A DNA stretch of 64,000 bases from Octopus bimaculoides (lineage: Eukaryota), in NCBI RefSeq assembly GCF_001194135.2, contig NC_068983.1, positions 141,867,898-141,931,897 of the forward strand. Direction: 5' to 3'. The first letter of the stretch is position 1; each line of letters starts with the position of its first letter. A program made the position numbers and the translations under genes. The notes below the pieces were generated by a model. That model worked only from the letters and a program-made list of their open reading frames with translations. It was not told the origin of the DNA and made no database searches. Of the stretch, positions 1 to 13,625 are shown one piece after another.

Positions 1-56
<56 letters not shown>

Positions 57-60
57 TGTA
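1..60. repeat. (TA)n(TATG)n microsatellite
   Basis: Visible directly. Confidence 0.95.
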
Positions 61-923
61 TTTGTGAATGTATGTTTGCATGTGTAAACCAACAGTGGAT
101 CGAGACAATCCATGTATCACTACAATGCTGAACTTATGAACTATGCTACCAATATAACAAAATTAGGTCATTGGTCAACGTCCTAATTTTAAACTTAACG
201 ACCGCTGACAACTTCAATAAAACAGATATTTTTTTTTTTACCTAATTTTTACTCTATTGAAACGTTCCACTTGATAAGGACAAATACATATTTCTTATGT
301 TTTACAAACCATCCATAAATGAGTCATTCTAAGTATACTGAACATAGCGTTATTGTTAAATTCCAAATAGAAATTAGAAACCAAGAAAATACGGGTATAT
401 TATAGAAAGGTTTTAGCTATTTACACATGGTCAAAAGGATTCTAGTCATGCTTTCTCTTTATTATTTTTTCTACAGATGTAGTATCTCTAGCTCTAAGTT
501 ATGCAAATTTACTTTTTTTTCACTTCTTCAGGAAAATGCAATTTGGGTGAAATTCATTTGATTACATTGGCAGTATGTGTCTTGTTATACAACTGGAACA
601 GCTGTCCAATAAGGTCTATCTTGGGATCAAACAACTACTGTAACTTAGCAGCAAAAATTTGTTGCTGCTCTTGTTGATATTGCTGCGGCTGGTGTAAGTT
701 GCGAATGCTTCTGCTGCTGCTGCTGTTGTTGGTGGTGGTGGTGTTGGTGTTGTTGTTGTTGTTTAATTTCAAGTTAGCCTTTATTGAGGAGCCATTCCAG
801 TCGTAAATATTCCAGTCTTTTTTTCTTCCAGGCCTAGTAAATCTATACTATCCAACACGTCCTTCCTTTTTTTTTTTTTTACCAGTAGGACGTAATTTGA
901 CTAAAATTTGATTAGTATTTTTT

Positions 924-1152
924 AATTTTTTACTGCCCGCAAGAGGCTACACACAGAGGGGACAAACAAGGACAGACAAACGGATTAAGTCGATTATATC
1001 GACCCCAGTGCGTAACTGGTACTTAATTTATCGACCCCGAAAGGATGAAAGGCAAAGTCGACCTCGGCGGAATTTGAACTCAGAACGTAGCGGCAGACGA
1101 AATACCGCTAAGCATTTTGACCGGCGTGCTAACGGTTCTGCCAGCTCGCCGC
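924..1152 (-). mobile_element. SINE family A (tRNA-Lys-like head; resembles octopus OK SINE), full length
   Basis: Head gcggcgagctggcagaa, B-box-like gagttcaaattcc, body gtcgactttgcctttcatcctttcggggtcgataa. Flanked by ttgattagtattt / ttggttagtattt (13-bp TSD, 1 mismatch). Confidence 0.9.
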
Positions 1153-1445
1153 TTTTTGGTTAGTATTTCTAGCACATGAGAATTTCAGGTGCCTATCCTC
1201 TCATTGACTCGTATAGGCCCATGTTTATATTGAAGACATACGATTTACCAGTGTATATAGGTTAACTGATGGATCCCTGTACTTGGTAACCCAACAGCTT
1301 TTCTATATTCTTAAGATTTTATTTCGCTTGCAACGATTGACTTTACTTAGCAGTAAGGGTTATGTCTATTTTATTGTCCAACCAGCATTTGATTAGGATT
1401 TTTAGTACAGCTATATTTGTGCGTGTGCGTGTATGTGTGTGTGTG

Positions 1446-1477
<32 letters not shown>

Positions 1478-1883
1478 CGTGCGTGTGCGTGCGTATGTGT
1501 TTGTGCATGCGTAAGAGAGCTTTCTGTTTGTCGTGTAAACGAACACATGCATGCGTGAAACTCCGAGTGACGACAGCATGAATCNNNNNNNNNNNNNNNN
1601 NNNNNNNNNNNNNNNNNNNNNNNNNNNNNNNNNNNNNNNNNNNNNNNNNNNNNNNNNNNNNNNNNNNNNNNNNNNNNNNNNNNNNNNNNNNNNNNNNNNN
1701 NNNNNNNNNNNNNNNNNNNNNNNNNNNNNNNNNNNNNNNNNNNNNNNNNNNNNNNNNNNNNNNNNNNNNNNNNNNNNNNNNNNNNNNNNNNNNNNNNNNN
1801 NNNNNNNNNNNNNNNNNNNNNNNNNNNNNNNNNNNNNNNNNNNNNNNNNNNNNNNNNNNNNNNNNNNNNNNNNNNNNNNNNNN

Positions 1884-1940
<57 letters not shown>

Positions 1941-2376
1941 TATTATGTCTAGAGAATTATTCCTAAAATACAGAACAATACAGTAACTGTACTATGGCAT
2001 ATGTTCTGCGAGTTTAGCAAAAATAACTTGTACGCGAAATGGCTTCTCGAGAATTAAATCTGGGTCGCGGTTTTCAGTTGCAATAAGTTTACAGATTCTT
2101 CATAACAATTGCGACATCGAGTATATAACACAACGACACCTTATTAACAATAGGAAAATAGAGTTAAACCACATTCTGGATTTGGAAGTAAAGTACGAAA
2201 TTATTCATCGCATTATTTACTATAACCAGCACTTAGCAGTTGGTTAAAGATGATACCTGGTCATGCGGCAGAATAATTATTGCATATCAGATACTGATTT
2301 TATACTGACACAGTTGAACATCACCAGCACGAAAGATGAAATCTCTGAAAAAATTAATTGGAATGCTGCTTTATAA

Positions 2377-2725
2377 TATTGATTTAAAACTTTGGCATAT
2401 GACCAGCAAATTTGTGGTAGATGGTGGGTAAATTGATTGCATTGACCCCAGTGTTTAAGTGGTACTTATTTTATCAACCACGAAAGGATGAAAGACCAAG
2501 TCGACCTCGGCGGAATTTGAACTCAGGACGTGAAGACAGGCGAAATGCCGCTAAGCATCTTGTCCGGCGTGCTAACGATTCTGTCAACTCGCCGCCTTAT
2601 GTTACGATGTAATATTGATTTCGAATTTTGGCAAAAGTCCAGCAGTTTTGGCGGAGGGAATAAGTCGATTACATAAACTCCAGTGTTCATCTGGTACTTA
2701 TTTTATCGTCCCCGAAAGAAGAAAG
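2377..2725 (-). mobile_element. SINE family A, one near-complete copy (2377-2599) plus a headless copy (2611-2725)
   Basis: Direct similarity to the 924-1152 copy. Confidence 0.85.
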
Positions 2726-3216
2726 ACGTTGCTATAAAATATTGATTCCATTTTATTTAATTGACATGACGTCTCTATAGGAAGTTAAATGCATTGGCAT
2801 TCGTAGTCCCGCACACCATCCCGATGATCTCAGGTGTGTAAGTAAAATACATTGACTTTTAAATAAGCATTGAAACTGTGAACAGCTTCGATTCTCTATT
2901 TGGGGGGAGGGAGTTTACTATAATCGCACTATATATCATTGTGTTAATAATAAAAGGATTGACACAGTGGTAGAATTGGTATAAAATGTCTAAGTTACAT
3001 TTTAAGTTCAAATGCTAACACAGTCGACTTTTGTCGATAAATGCCTATAAAATAGTGCACACACATTCTCACACTAGGTCCTGCTCTAACCACTTCTTCC
3101 AGCCCCACCTACTGGAATTATTTCCCGGTCCATTTTTTTTCATCGGCCGTCAGCTTGCGGTTCTTTAAGAAAATTAACAGTATCGAGTTCACCGGTTACA
3201 GAGAGACTGTCTAGGC

Positions 3217-3525
3217 CAGGGGTTTTCAAACTGTGGTCCGCGGACCACAGGGGGTACGCAAGGACAAGACAGGGGGTCCGCAAGGACAAGACAGAGGGTC
3301 CGTGGACAGCAAATACTTTTTATGGGCAATTTGATTTTATATATGTTTTTTAATCGAAATCTTTTAATTGACAATAAACCTATTTGTTAAATACTGTTAA
3401 ATAAATAAATGTAAAAATATATGTTATTTTAAGCAAATATTTATGTATAAATTTCATAAGTGTTTATAAGGGGGTCCCTAAGGTAAAGCCTGAAATATAA
3501 AAGGGTCCGCAAGTCAAAACCTGAA
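3217..3525 (+). mobile_element. hAT (Charlie-like) MITE, right end degenerate
   Basis: Starts CAGGGGTTTTCAAACTGTGGTCCGCGGACC after gtctaggc (close to the NTCTAGAN target preference). Internal 22-bp tandem duplication. Ends near aagggtccgcaagtcaaaa without a complete right TIR. Confidence 0.65.
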
Positions 3526-3910
3526 AAAAAAATGAACAAATAACAGTTGATTCTTTCTACTCGAAAAAATCAAGTATATTAAAATTCTGGGGTCGGTTTA
3601 GTCGACTTACTTCCTTTCAGCACTTTGCACCTTCAAAAAAATATCTCAAAAGTGTGAGTATAGAATTTCCTCAACACAGCTTTAAAGGACATACATATAA
3701 GATTTGACGGTTGAATGACTTTCAGATTTTTTCATGTCCAAATATATATTAATATAAATATCTAGCCATCAAGCTGATCAGACCACACATGCAGAATTTC
3801 ATTTATCTTATGGAAATGCGATCAATGCAAAATATTTGCTAAATTAAACTTACTTGAGAAACTGATTAAGATTTTTTTTTTTACTTTTAGCAAAGTACCA
3901 CTACATATAT

Positions 3911-3924
3911 GTGTGCGTGTGTGG

Positions 3925-3961
<37 letters not shown>

Positions 3962-3979
3962 GACGCATACACACACATT

Positions 3980-4014
<35 letters not shown>

Positions 4015-4198
4015 GCACGCACACATTCACGTATGTGCTACGTATATGGATGGATTGTAGATGTGTTCTTCATGCCTTATAAGTGTGAATTCTTTTTAGT
4101 TTTAATTTCGTGTACATACATGCGCATGTGTGCGTGCGCATGCGCGTATGTGTATGTGTGCATGTATACGTATATCGTGTGTGTGTATGTGCGTGTGT

Positions 4199-4230
<32 letters not shown>
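3911..4230. repeat. (CA)n and (TG)n microsatellite blocks in opposed orientation
   Basis: Visible directly. Confidence 0.9.
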
Positions 4231-4959
4231 ATTGACGAGTTAGCACATAAATGCAAAACAAGGTGGAAAGAAATGATACTCGAATGCTTAGAGTAGAGAA
4301 ATATGGTTTCATTAAAGCTGCAAAATCTTCATAAAACTGTTACTCAGACTTTCACATTCCCGTTCGTCGGACCGTGAAACTTTGAATAACGGTTTTGTGA
4401 AAATTTTACAGCTTTAATAAAAGCAGGTATATATNNNNNNNNNNNNNNNNNNNNNNNNNNNNNNNNNNNNNNNNNNNNNNNNNNNNNNNNNNNNNNNNNN
4501 NNNNNNNNNNNNNNNNNNNNNNNNNNNNNNNNNNNNNNNNNNNNNNNNNNNNNNNNNNNNNNNNNNNNNNNNNNNNNNNNNNNNNNNNNNNNNNNNNNNN
4601 NNNNNNNNNNNNNNNNNNNNNNNNNNNNNNNNNNNNNNNNNNNNNNNNNNNNNNNNNNNNNNNNNNNNNNNNNNNNNNNNNNNNNNNNNNNNNNNNNNNN
4701 NNNNNNNNNNNNNNNAAGAAACCGAGAGAGAATGAAAACAACTTGTAGATTTAAAAAGTAAAAAAGGAAAAAGAGAAAAAAGGTAGAAGAGAAGAAAAGG
4801 AGAAAAAAGAAAAAAAGTAAAAAGGAGAGAGAAAGGCAAAATATTAACGTACGGAGTATAAAAGTTCAGAAAGTTCAAACAGTTCAAAAGTCGTGGTAGA
4901 TTGGAGCGCTTTACATCAATGAAAAATCCGTGTCTTTTAGTGAAAGCAGAATTTATCAC

Positions 4960-5230
4960 CATCAAGTCATCATCAACGAATCCCCAGCAAGTTGATGAGG
5001 GTTGAGCTCAGTATCATACGTATGGTGCACGAGAATATCAGGCTCGAGAATATTCAAGCACAGCCAGTATGTGACCTCCTAGCTCTGCTGATTTGAACGA
5101 CCCAGACTGTTGTCTCTAAGGTGTCATCAAATGGTGGTAGCAGTTTCACAGTACCTAGGATTCGTTTGAACTGTCACAGTAGACGGCAGGAGTGCAGGAT
5201 CAACTGACCCTGGCATGCATTCTCTTCTGA
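4960..5230 (-). mobile_element. Possible LINE (RTE-like) 3' remnant
   Basis: GC-richer island ending on the minus strand in gatgatgac, similar to RTE (GAT)n tails; broken reading frames. Weak evidence. Confidence 0.3.
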
Positions 5231-6343
5231 GGTTTCGTTGGAGCTATTATTGGGACTGAGACCGATTTTGCTAAATGCCCTAATTATTTGATGCATCTAC
5301 TTGAATGTGAATTCCGTTTTTTTTTTTCTGGAAGTATAGACATTTTTTTTTTTTCGAGATTGCCTGATGCACTGTGTGTGTGGGCATGAGTGTGCAGAAA
5401 TATATGTATATATGTGTGGTAATTAATTGCATGACAATAAGTTAAATAATTAAATCAGACTTGTAAAAAACATATGAGCCGCAAATGTACGAAATGTAAC
5501 CAGATAAATCACTGCCTCACCAATTCCCAGTTTAATTTATTATTGTTTACGTGTGTCTGTTCATAATATTAGATGTCGCCTGAGACTTTCAGTTATAGCT
5601 CTGGTACTTACATAAACTAAAATTTACTTAAAAGATAGTGCGCAAGTACACACACACACACATTAACAAACACACACAGACGTACACGCATACATGCAAA
5701 TACATTAAAGAAGTATGCTTGTTTCTATATGTATGTATACATCATTCACACATAAAGGGGAATAAATGTTTGTGTGTAAATTTCTAAACACACCTTTACG
5801 TATACAAAAATGCGTCTGTCTATGTATGCATAAGAAGAAGCGTCAGTCTTAACTCGTCCGCTCGACCTCCTTCTCTTGCTTTCTTCCTCTTTTCTTAAAA
5901 GTCCGTTTATATCATCAGATAAGTATTTTTAATATTGGCTAGCTGGTATTTTTTGTTTATAGATGGTGACTTTTTAAGACTCCCATTTGTATATAAACAG
6001 TTGAACACCTATTGGCAAATATGTCTGATACTCTTCAGTTTGAAATGTGCGTTGCCTACTTGCTCTAACTCCCTCTGGGAGTCTAAATATTCCTTGTGCT
6101 GTGCTTTCAGAACATCTACCACAACATTAAAAAAAAGACAGAAAGATGTAACGTCATCGCTCACAATCTAGAAAGGTTAATTTATTTGTAACTGTTATGC
6201 CGTGTCCTACTGTACTAATTTAAAGTTCGCGCTGCCGTCCTTGCTTTGATCTGCGTATATGCAATATACCATAATTTGCGTAACAATAACATCTTTTTTA
6301 AAGCAGAACCTGCTCCATCTTCTGTTCTATGTCATCAGCTAGC

Positions 6344-6461
6344 ACGTGTCTGTGGAATGCTCAGCCACTTGCACGTTAATTTCACGAGCAGGCTGTTCCG
6401 TTGATCGGATCAACTGGAACCCTCGACGTCGTAAGCGACGGGGTGCCAGCAACAACAACAA
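6344..6461 (+). mobile_element. SINE family B, 5'-truncated, with (CAA)n tail and 11-bp TSD
   Basis: catcagctagc at 6333-6343 and 6462-6472; body identical in type to the 3' part of the 44807-45190 copy. Confidence 0.9.
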
Positions 6462-6999
6462 CATCAGCTAGCCCCGCTAGTTATTATTGGTCAACATCGT
6501 CAGCAACTTAAGTAGTCCTTTCATTTATAAACAATGTCTAGAAGTCCAGATAGGATCCTTTAAGAACGGGTGTTTAATTCTGTGGATGAGGAATAAATTT
6601 CTCTATATATAGGACATTAGTTTCTGTCAAGCAACATATTTTTATATTGCTTATTCAGAGGAGAAAGGGCAGCAACTATGAGCTTTTCAGGACCTGAGAC
6701 TGATAGAAGGAAGCCAGAGATTGGCTTGACGCTTGTCACAGAATGAACTCCGCTAAAAGTACCCAACAACCAAGTGAATATGTTAAATCGAGTGATGGAC
6801 TATGTCAACCACCCATCCCCAAAACAGAAACTGTCCTTCTTCAGGTTTCCTCACTGCTCCGTCTATCTACGCTACAATTTTCTAGACTCGCAGCTAAAGG
6901 AGAATACACTCTCTTGCTCAAAGTACACGTTGAAAGATTGAAGCTCAAATCACTTTGTTACGAAACAAACTTCGTAATGATAGTAGTAGTAGTTGTTGT

Positions 7000-7230
7000 T
7001 GTTGCTGTTGTTCTTGTCGCTGAATTTGTTCAGTCACAGGTCAGCCCTGATTTTGTAGCCTATCAAAGGCATCCTTATCATACCCGTCCTATATTTTTGT
7101 ATTTCTATAACTACAATGTCCAATATGGCCCAATATGATCTTACTTAAGAACGACAAGGTGCGATTCTAGGGGGATTTTGTTGTTATTTCTAGCAGGTCA
7201 AGTGACTGCGTAGAGGCTCTCTCACTAGCT
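7000..7230 (-). mobile_element. Family D ~200-250-bp (CAA)n-tailed interspersed repeat (type copy)
   Basis: + text: (gtt)n...caggtcagccctgat...aaggcat...tgttatttctagcaggtcaagtgac..gtagaggctc. Related copies near 745-920, 9495-9650, 28405-28565, 34600-34665, 37885-38055, 38505-38690, 44135-44290, 48270-48550, 50115-50300, 51615-51810, 52360-52525 and 55650-55700. Confidence 0.7.
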
Positions 7231-8306
7231 TATATATTTGGTGTTTATCTAGTATGTGGCTTTGAATGCCATACAAAAGACGTGTCGTGGGGAAGGAGAG
7301 GAGAAATAAAGGTATTGAGTCGCTTTTGGTGAGAACTATATTAGCCAGTGGAATATAGTACAAACAGTTGCATGTGGAGAGAATGCTTGATTTGATTCAT
7401 TGAAAATTAAGCAGTAGTTAGAAAAGAAGTTTCGGAAAGAAGTAAATTTTTGAGGACCCACTGTTTAGTGGGAATTCGTACGAAGAAATTTATAGGAACA
7501 GCGAAGTTAGTTGTCATTTATAATTGAATCATTTTACATTCAGCCTCGCTAATTTGATTGATTGGCTAACTGTTCTAATACAAAATTCGAAAGATGTTGT
7601 TTTGGTGAAGTTTTGATTATGTTCTGGGAAATATTCAACTGATTATATCCACCTAGGCACCAAGCAGCGCATGACATACTCTAGGTTGGCATTGCAAGGT
7701 AAACGAATCACCCGTCAAATATGTAGCACCTCAATTACACATAGCAGTAACCTATACCACTTCATGGTTTCTATTTACAGCCAAATCGACTGTTATTGTG
7801 TTTGCACTATCAGTAGCAACATCAGTATCAGCTATTGCATTAGCGGCAGCTAGTATGTAGAGCACTCGTTAATAAAAATGATAGATGTAATAACAGCCGA
7901 CAAACTATTTTTAGTAATAAAAATCAAAATACCAATAGTAATAAAAGCAACATCAGCGGTAATTGCATCATTAATATCAGCTTCTATCGACTGCAATTCT
8001 GAAGCCGTATGTTGTGGGGAGGGGAGTTATGCCGTTTATTCCTTTACAAAGAGTATTCAGTGTAAATTATTTTAAAACTAAGTCATGGAACTAGGCCATG
8101 GACGCGCTTCAACATGATCTTACCTTCTGTTCTAAAGCACTAGCCGCTGCAATGTTACACTATATTAATTTTTAATGAGATATACGGGCCCTAAATTCCA
8201 CTCAGGTCACAAATTCACTCAAGGTTTTGACGCTCGCTGCGGTTATAGAGATGACATTGTATGTACGAAGGCAGACAAGTAACGATGTAGGGAGGGTGTT
8301 AGGTAT

Positions 8307-8354
<48 letters not shown>

Positions 8355-10821
8355 NNNNNNNNNNNNNNNNNNNNNNNNNNNNNNNNNNNNNNNNNNNNNN
8401 NNNNNNNNNNNNNNNNNNNNNNNNNNNNNNNNNNNNNNNNNNNNNNNNNNNNNNNNNNNNNNNNNNNNNNNNNNNNNNNNNNNNNNNNNNNNNNNNNNNN
8501 NNNNNNNNNNNNNNNNNNNNNNNNNNNNNNNNNNNNNNNNNNNNNNNNNNNNNNNNNNNNNNNNNNNNNNNNNNNNNNNNNNNNNNNNNNNNNNNNNNNN
8601 NNNNNNNNNNNNNNNNNNNNNNNNNNNNNNNNNNNNNNNNNNNNNNNNNNNNNNNNNNNNNNNNNNNNNNNNNNNNNNNNNNNNNNNNNNNNNNNNNNNN
8701 NNNNNNNNNNNNNNNNNNNNNNNNNNNNNNNNNNNNNNNNNNNNNNNNNNNNNNNNNNNNNNNNNNNNNNNNNNNNNNNNNNNNNNNNNNNNNNNNNNNN
8801 NNNNNNNNNNNNNNNNATATATATCCAAAATGTAATCACATGTAGACTGTTGGCAATTTTCTTGTTCCTCCGTCTTCCTTTTCTTTTGGACTTTCCTCTG
8901 TCTCCTGTTTCCGAAGAAGAGCTTTGCTCGAAACATAAAACACCCTTTCTTTCCTTCTCTGAGCGTCTTATTAATACCTTGCATGTACCACATCCTCACG
9001 TTGTTTTTTTTTCTCCGTCTTTTTGATTAATATCCATAAAAATATATACATATATTTATACTTGTACATGTGTGTGTTTCTTATTTTAGTTTTCTTCCAG
9101 TTACGAGTTCAAATCTTAACAAAATCAGTTTTGCCTATCGACTGTCCTGGATCAATAGATTAAGTGCCAATTGACTCTATCTAGTACGGGTTAGATTCAA
9201 TTGGCGAAACACCACAGCCGAAGAATATGTGTATTTAGGTTCATCTACTTTTGCAATCCTTTTTCGTTTCACAACACATTGGACAAAGCGTTAAAAGTGT
9301 TACGATGTCATTACCTTTCTTAAGTGTATTTTTTAAAAGAGCTCGGTGCACACATTGCTCTTTACAAAAGAACAATATGTACAGTCAATGGTTCGGAAAG
9401 GACGGAGAAATGAGCTGGCATTAGATGGTAAACACAAGATGATTGTGTATAACACATTCAAATCTCACCACCTATGTAGAAGATCTTTTGTTTATGGGTC
9501 AGCCCTGATCGTATAATCTATGAAGAAAGAAATTTATGCTTGACTCTCTCATCTTTTTAGGACCACCTTAACCAATGTGACGACAAAATGTAATTTAGAT
9601 TTGGCTGCTATTTCTAGTAAATCAAACAATGGCGCTGAGGCTGCCCTCTTTGCTTCTGATGTCGAATTTTGTCATTATGGAATGTTATGTAGGCTGCATT
9701 AATCAATACAGTTTATGAAAGGCTATTGATGGACATCTGTGGTTAGGAATAGTTATACAATTTCACTCTGTTTACCAATCACACGTGAAACATCCTTAAG
9801 AAAAGAATGGGTTTTACATCATATCCTCCCCCAGCTCTTATTGATAAATATTTGGGCCCCTGTTGGTGCTCTGACCCTTTTCATTGAATCTGAGATTGTT
9901 GGGAAAAAGAGAGGAAGTTATCCTCTATCAAAAAGACTTAATGGTTTTCTTGCATTCTTAACGCAGCAATTACAAGTTTGGTAAAAGAAAAGTTATAGAC
10001 ATTCAAATAAAGTAGATTAGAAATGGTTGAAAAATACCTATTTTTTTATATATTTATTCGTTAATCAGTAATAAAGAAGTTGTAGTGGTGATGGTGGTGG
10101 TATCTTGTCAAAACTAATTGAGCATACGTATGAACAAAAGTATTCCACTTGCATCTTTTATTCGGCTCACATCTCAAAACTGCATTTGAAGAGGATGGGT
10201 GTGATTTCTCTGCTATTTCTAGCAGTTTGTTTTTCTTGAAACACTCCCGTTTCCTATCGTTAGTCTTCACACGTATCGTTCTGAGAGTCGATGCTTCTGC
10301 TTTGTAAATTATAGATATATATTCACACAGCTGCAGTTTGTCAACAGATTTTCATCGGCATTCGAATATGCTTCTCCCACTATAAATACTTCCTCCCTAT
10401 CATCAACTACAATAATGTTTACACACGTTAATCCATACCTTCAAATAATATATCGGTGGCTGAGTACATTACATGTAATAAATACATAAAATTAACCATG
10501 CACATAATATATATATATACGTACAAATATGCCGACACATAATCTAGCTTCAGTAACGAAATACGCGAGGGAATGAAAATTTTAGGATTGGCTGATTGTG
10601 AAAATTTGTAAGCGAAATCAACAATAGATTTGATGGAAAATACGGCAAGGGAGCGTTTTGCATACTAAATGCATAAACGGTAAGGTCTTACATTTGAAAT
10701 ACAGTGCAGTGAATAACTTCGATTAACTGATACTATCTATGTAATTAGTAGAAGAAAAAAAGCCTTCTCAAAGGATGTTTAAAATCTTAAAATAACAACC
10801 AAGAGAGATAATTTTAACAAC

Positions 10822-11036
10822 TGTTTCTGCTACTGGCGCAAAGCCTGTAATTTTGGGGAAGTGGGCTAGTTGATTACATCGACCCCAGTACTAGAATAGT
10901 TCTTATTTTATCGACCTCGAAAGGATGAAAGGCTAAGTCATCTTCGGTGACATTTGAACTCAAAACGTTAAACCGGAAGAAATGACGTTAAGCATTTTGT
11001 CCGATGCGGTAACAAGTCTATCAGTTCGCCACCTTG
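10822..11036 (-). mobile_element. SINE family A, diverged full-length copy
   Basis: Contains catcgaccccagt, ttttatcgacctcgaaaggatgaaagg and tttgaactc, and ends gttcgccacctt. Confidence 0.85.
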
Positions 11037-11234
11037 GGGGAATGATAACAGTCATTCAAATTTGGGGGAAAATAAGGACAATGCAAGCGAGAGTAGAGCT
11101 TGTGTCTAAGGAAAATTAGTGAAAGCAACAGACATGTTTTAACCTTATATCTCGCCTATTGCTTGCAATTAGTACCATGTTGAGGTTTGTGCAATTAGTG
11201 CCATGTTGAGGTTTAGCGTAGCTAAAGTGTATGC

Positions 11235-11355
11235 CACCCAGAGCAGCCGTTCAGTTTGCCGCCCCCTGGCCTCCACAGAAAAAAATTGTCTACAGTAGAC
11301 CTAAAAGTGATGCCGCTTCCATAAAAGTGCCACTCACCTCTAGCTACGCCAGTGG
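11235..11355 (-). mobile_element. Possible MITE fragment with CACTGGCGTAGCTAG terminus
   Basis: GC-rich island; the minus strand begins cactggcgtagctagagg, similar to CAGTGGCGTAGC-type TIRs. No partner TIR seen. Confidence 0.3.
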
Positions 11356-13123
11356 GTATGTGATATGAGACTTGAAGGCTGGGATTCAGGAGACCCATGT
11401 GCTTTATGAAAACATAATTACGTCGTATATCAATGAAATGGGAACCCACTTCTTAGCTTCAACACTCGAGCCTATAAGCATCTAAAGATTGCCCTGCGAT
11501 TAATAGCAATCTGTCTGAAAAAGAATGATCTCTTCTGTCAGCTTACCGCCACTGAACCGGAATTTAACACCGATCCTTATGAAACCCTCAAGATTGTACA
11601 CACACACACACACATGACTTAGAAAAAGCATATCTTCTTTCCGTCAGTCTCTGCAATGATTGCTGTACGTACTGTATTAATCTATAACTAGGAAGAAATT
11701 GAAGATCTGGACATTATATAGGGATTCAACCTGCATATAAATCCGGAACATTTCAAATCAGGATTAACCTGGTGATAAATAACTACAAACGGTTGAGCAT
11801 TGGGGTCCTCTCACCTCATCTTTACTTCTGGTTAAGTTTTCAAATTGTTTAACCAACAAGGATCGATAAATTAAAGTACATTTTTCTTCTATGACAAACT
11901 CAATGCATTCTTCCAGAGTCGATAGAAACCGTTCCTGTACTTTGTGTTTAACAAACCTTCTGTCCGATCAAATGCTTTGATATTTACATTGACTGCATGA
12001 TCGACTTAGTAAGATATGAAAATTTCTCATACTTTTGTATGTGAACAACTTAAAACATACCAAACTAAAAACTGGGGAATTCATTCTGAAACATTCACCA
12101 CAAACTGTGCGAAATTTTTTTATGGCCAGTTGTTTAGTTTTATTTTCCTTGTTGTAAATTATATGTAATTTTTTTAGTCCAATATTTAATCAAGCTGGAA
12201 AAATCTTTTCATATCTCCTTCTACAGAATAAACATTTCTCTCGCCGTGGCATTGAAACTGTAGGTGGTTATACAGAAGTTGATAGTCGACGATGTATTCT
12301 TGTTTTTGTTTGTTCAGAATTAATATTGATCCCTTTTGGTTAGGAATTCATAAGGTTAAAAATACTAAACAAAGTTGAGCATAGTATTTATACACAAGCG
12401 TTGTACATATACATAATTTAATTCTTTTATATACAGGGTTTTTGTTGTTTTTTTTTTGAGTGGAGAGGGGTCTTTAAAAACTGCATGAAAGGCAATGACA
12501 ACATCAGTCTTTTGAGCTTGAAACCAAGAGTTCACCATTGATTTTAATGATTAGATCCATTCCCATACTGCATTTCATGTTATTTTTTTAGTTACCCCCT
12601 TTTATTTTTTTAATTTTAAACACACTTGAAAGAAAGTTTTCAAATCTAACTCTATAGATTATTGTGGTTATTCAAAGTTTAACTCATATTACATATGTCA
12701 GACTTCAATATTTGTATTTAGTATGCCGAATACTCTTCTGAGGTTTATTCATTCCCTAAGCCATATTATTAATACTGTTATTTTTTTGCTACCAACACCA
12801 CCGCTCCACTTTTCAACAGTATCTTACATTTCTTTCATAATGCGATACATTCTGGGTTCTGTAAAACAAAGTATTAGTCCAAAATTAGGGTTGAGATAAT
12901 TAAATATAACCCTTCACAAATTGTACGACTTTGATTTCTTTCCTAAGATCAAGCAGTTTGGGGAAAGGGTATTGTCAAATATTCCGCTCTCATTTTTGGC
13001 TGGTACTTTATTTTGCAGATCCAAAAAAGTCGACCTAGACAGAATTTCAACTTAAACGTATAAAAGTATCGATAGTAATTCGCTGATCACATATCGTCCC
13101 AGAGTTAGAAACTTTATTATGTA

Positions 13124-13214
13124 CTAGCAGAAATACCCGGCGTTGCCCGGGTTAAAGAGAATAATGAAATCTAAAAACGCCGTCTAGACTACGCATCATC
13201 TTTATATATAGAGA
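13124..13214 (-). mobile_element. 91-bp mini-Helitron with both termini
   Basis: Minus strand: A|TCTCTATATATAAAG...CCCGGGCAACGCCGGG (hairpin 13136-13151) tatttctgCTAG|T. It has the 5' TC, the subterminal GC hairpin, the 3' CTAG and an A|T insertion site. Confidence 0.75.
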
Positions 13215-13335
13215 TGTATATACACACACGCACCCAAACACACGTATATATATATGTATATCAATATAAATATATGAAAGTCAATGAAGTTTCGTAAAAG
13301 AAGGTGATCATGTACATACTTTCTTGCTGTTGTGA

Positions 13336-13625
13336 TTATAACACCTCGTTGTAAACAACGTTCCTTGTTTTCCCTTGTGGAGCATATACAAATAGGTTTT
13401 TTTTGCTGCCCACTCTTGAGCAGCCAACATACAGTTGTCCATGTGAGAAGCAGGGCTCTTCCAAGAGAAGACCAGCTACAGACAGTGTTTGACCCTGAGA
13501 TTTGTTTATGGACATGGCAAAAGTCACACGAAGGGGGAATTGTAGTCTTCTGAATGTAAAAGGAATTGAATCTCTCCCCTACAAATTAATTCGCGTATCC
13601 TAAATATCAGTACCTCTACGCATTA
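13336..13625 (-). mobile_element. Helitron RepHel remnant (PIF1-like SF1 helicase C-terminus)
   Basis: Translates to IPFTFRRLQFPLRVTFAMSINKSQGQTL...PCFSHGQLYVGCSRV...TRNVVYNEVL*, the typical helicase motifs V/VI of Helitrons; frameshifted further upstream. Confidence 0.9.

Noticed and set aside
532-572. 41-nt segment with strong acceptor and GTATGT donor
   Set aside because: No recognisable peptide and not phase-linked to known exons; such sites are common in AT-rich introns.
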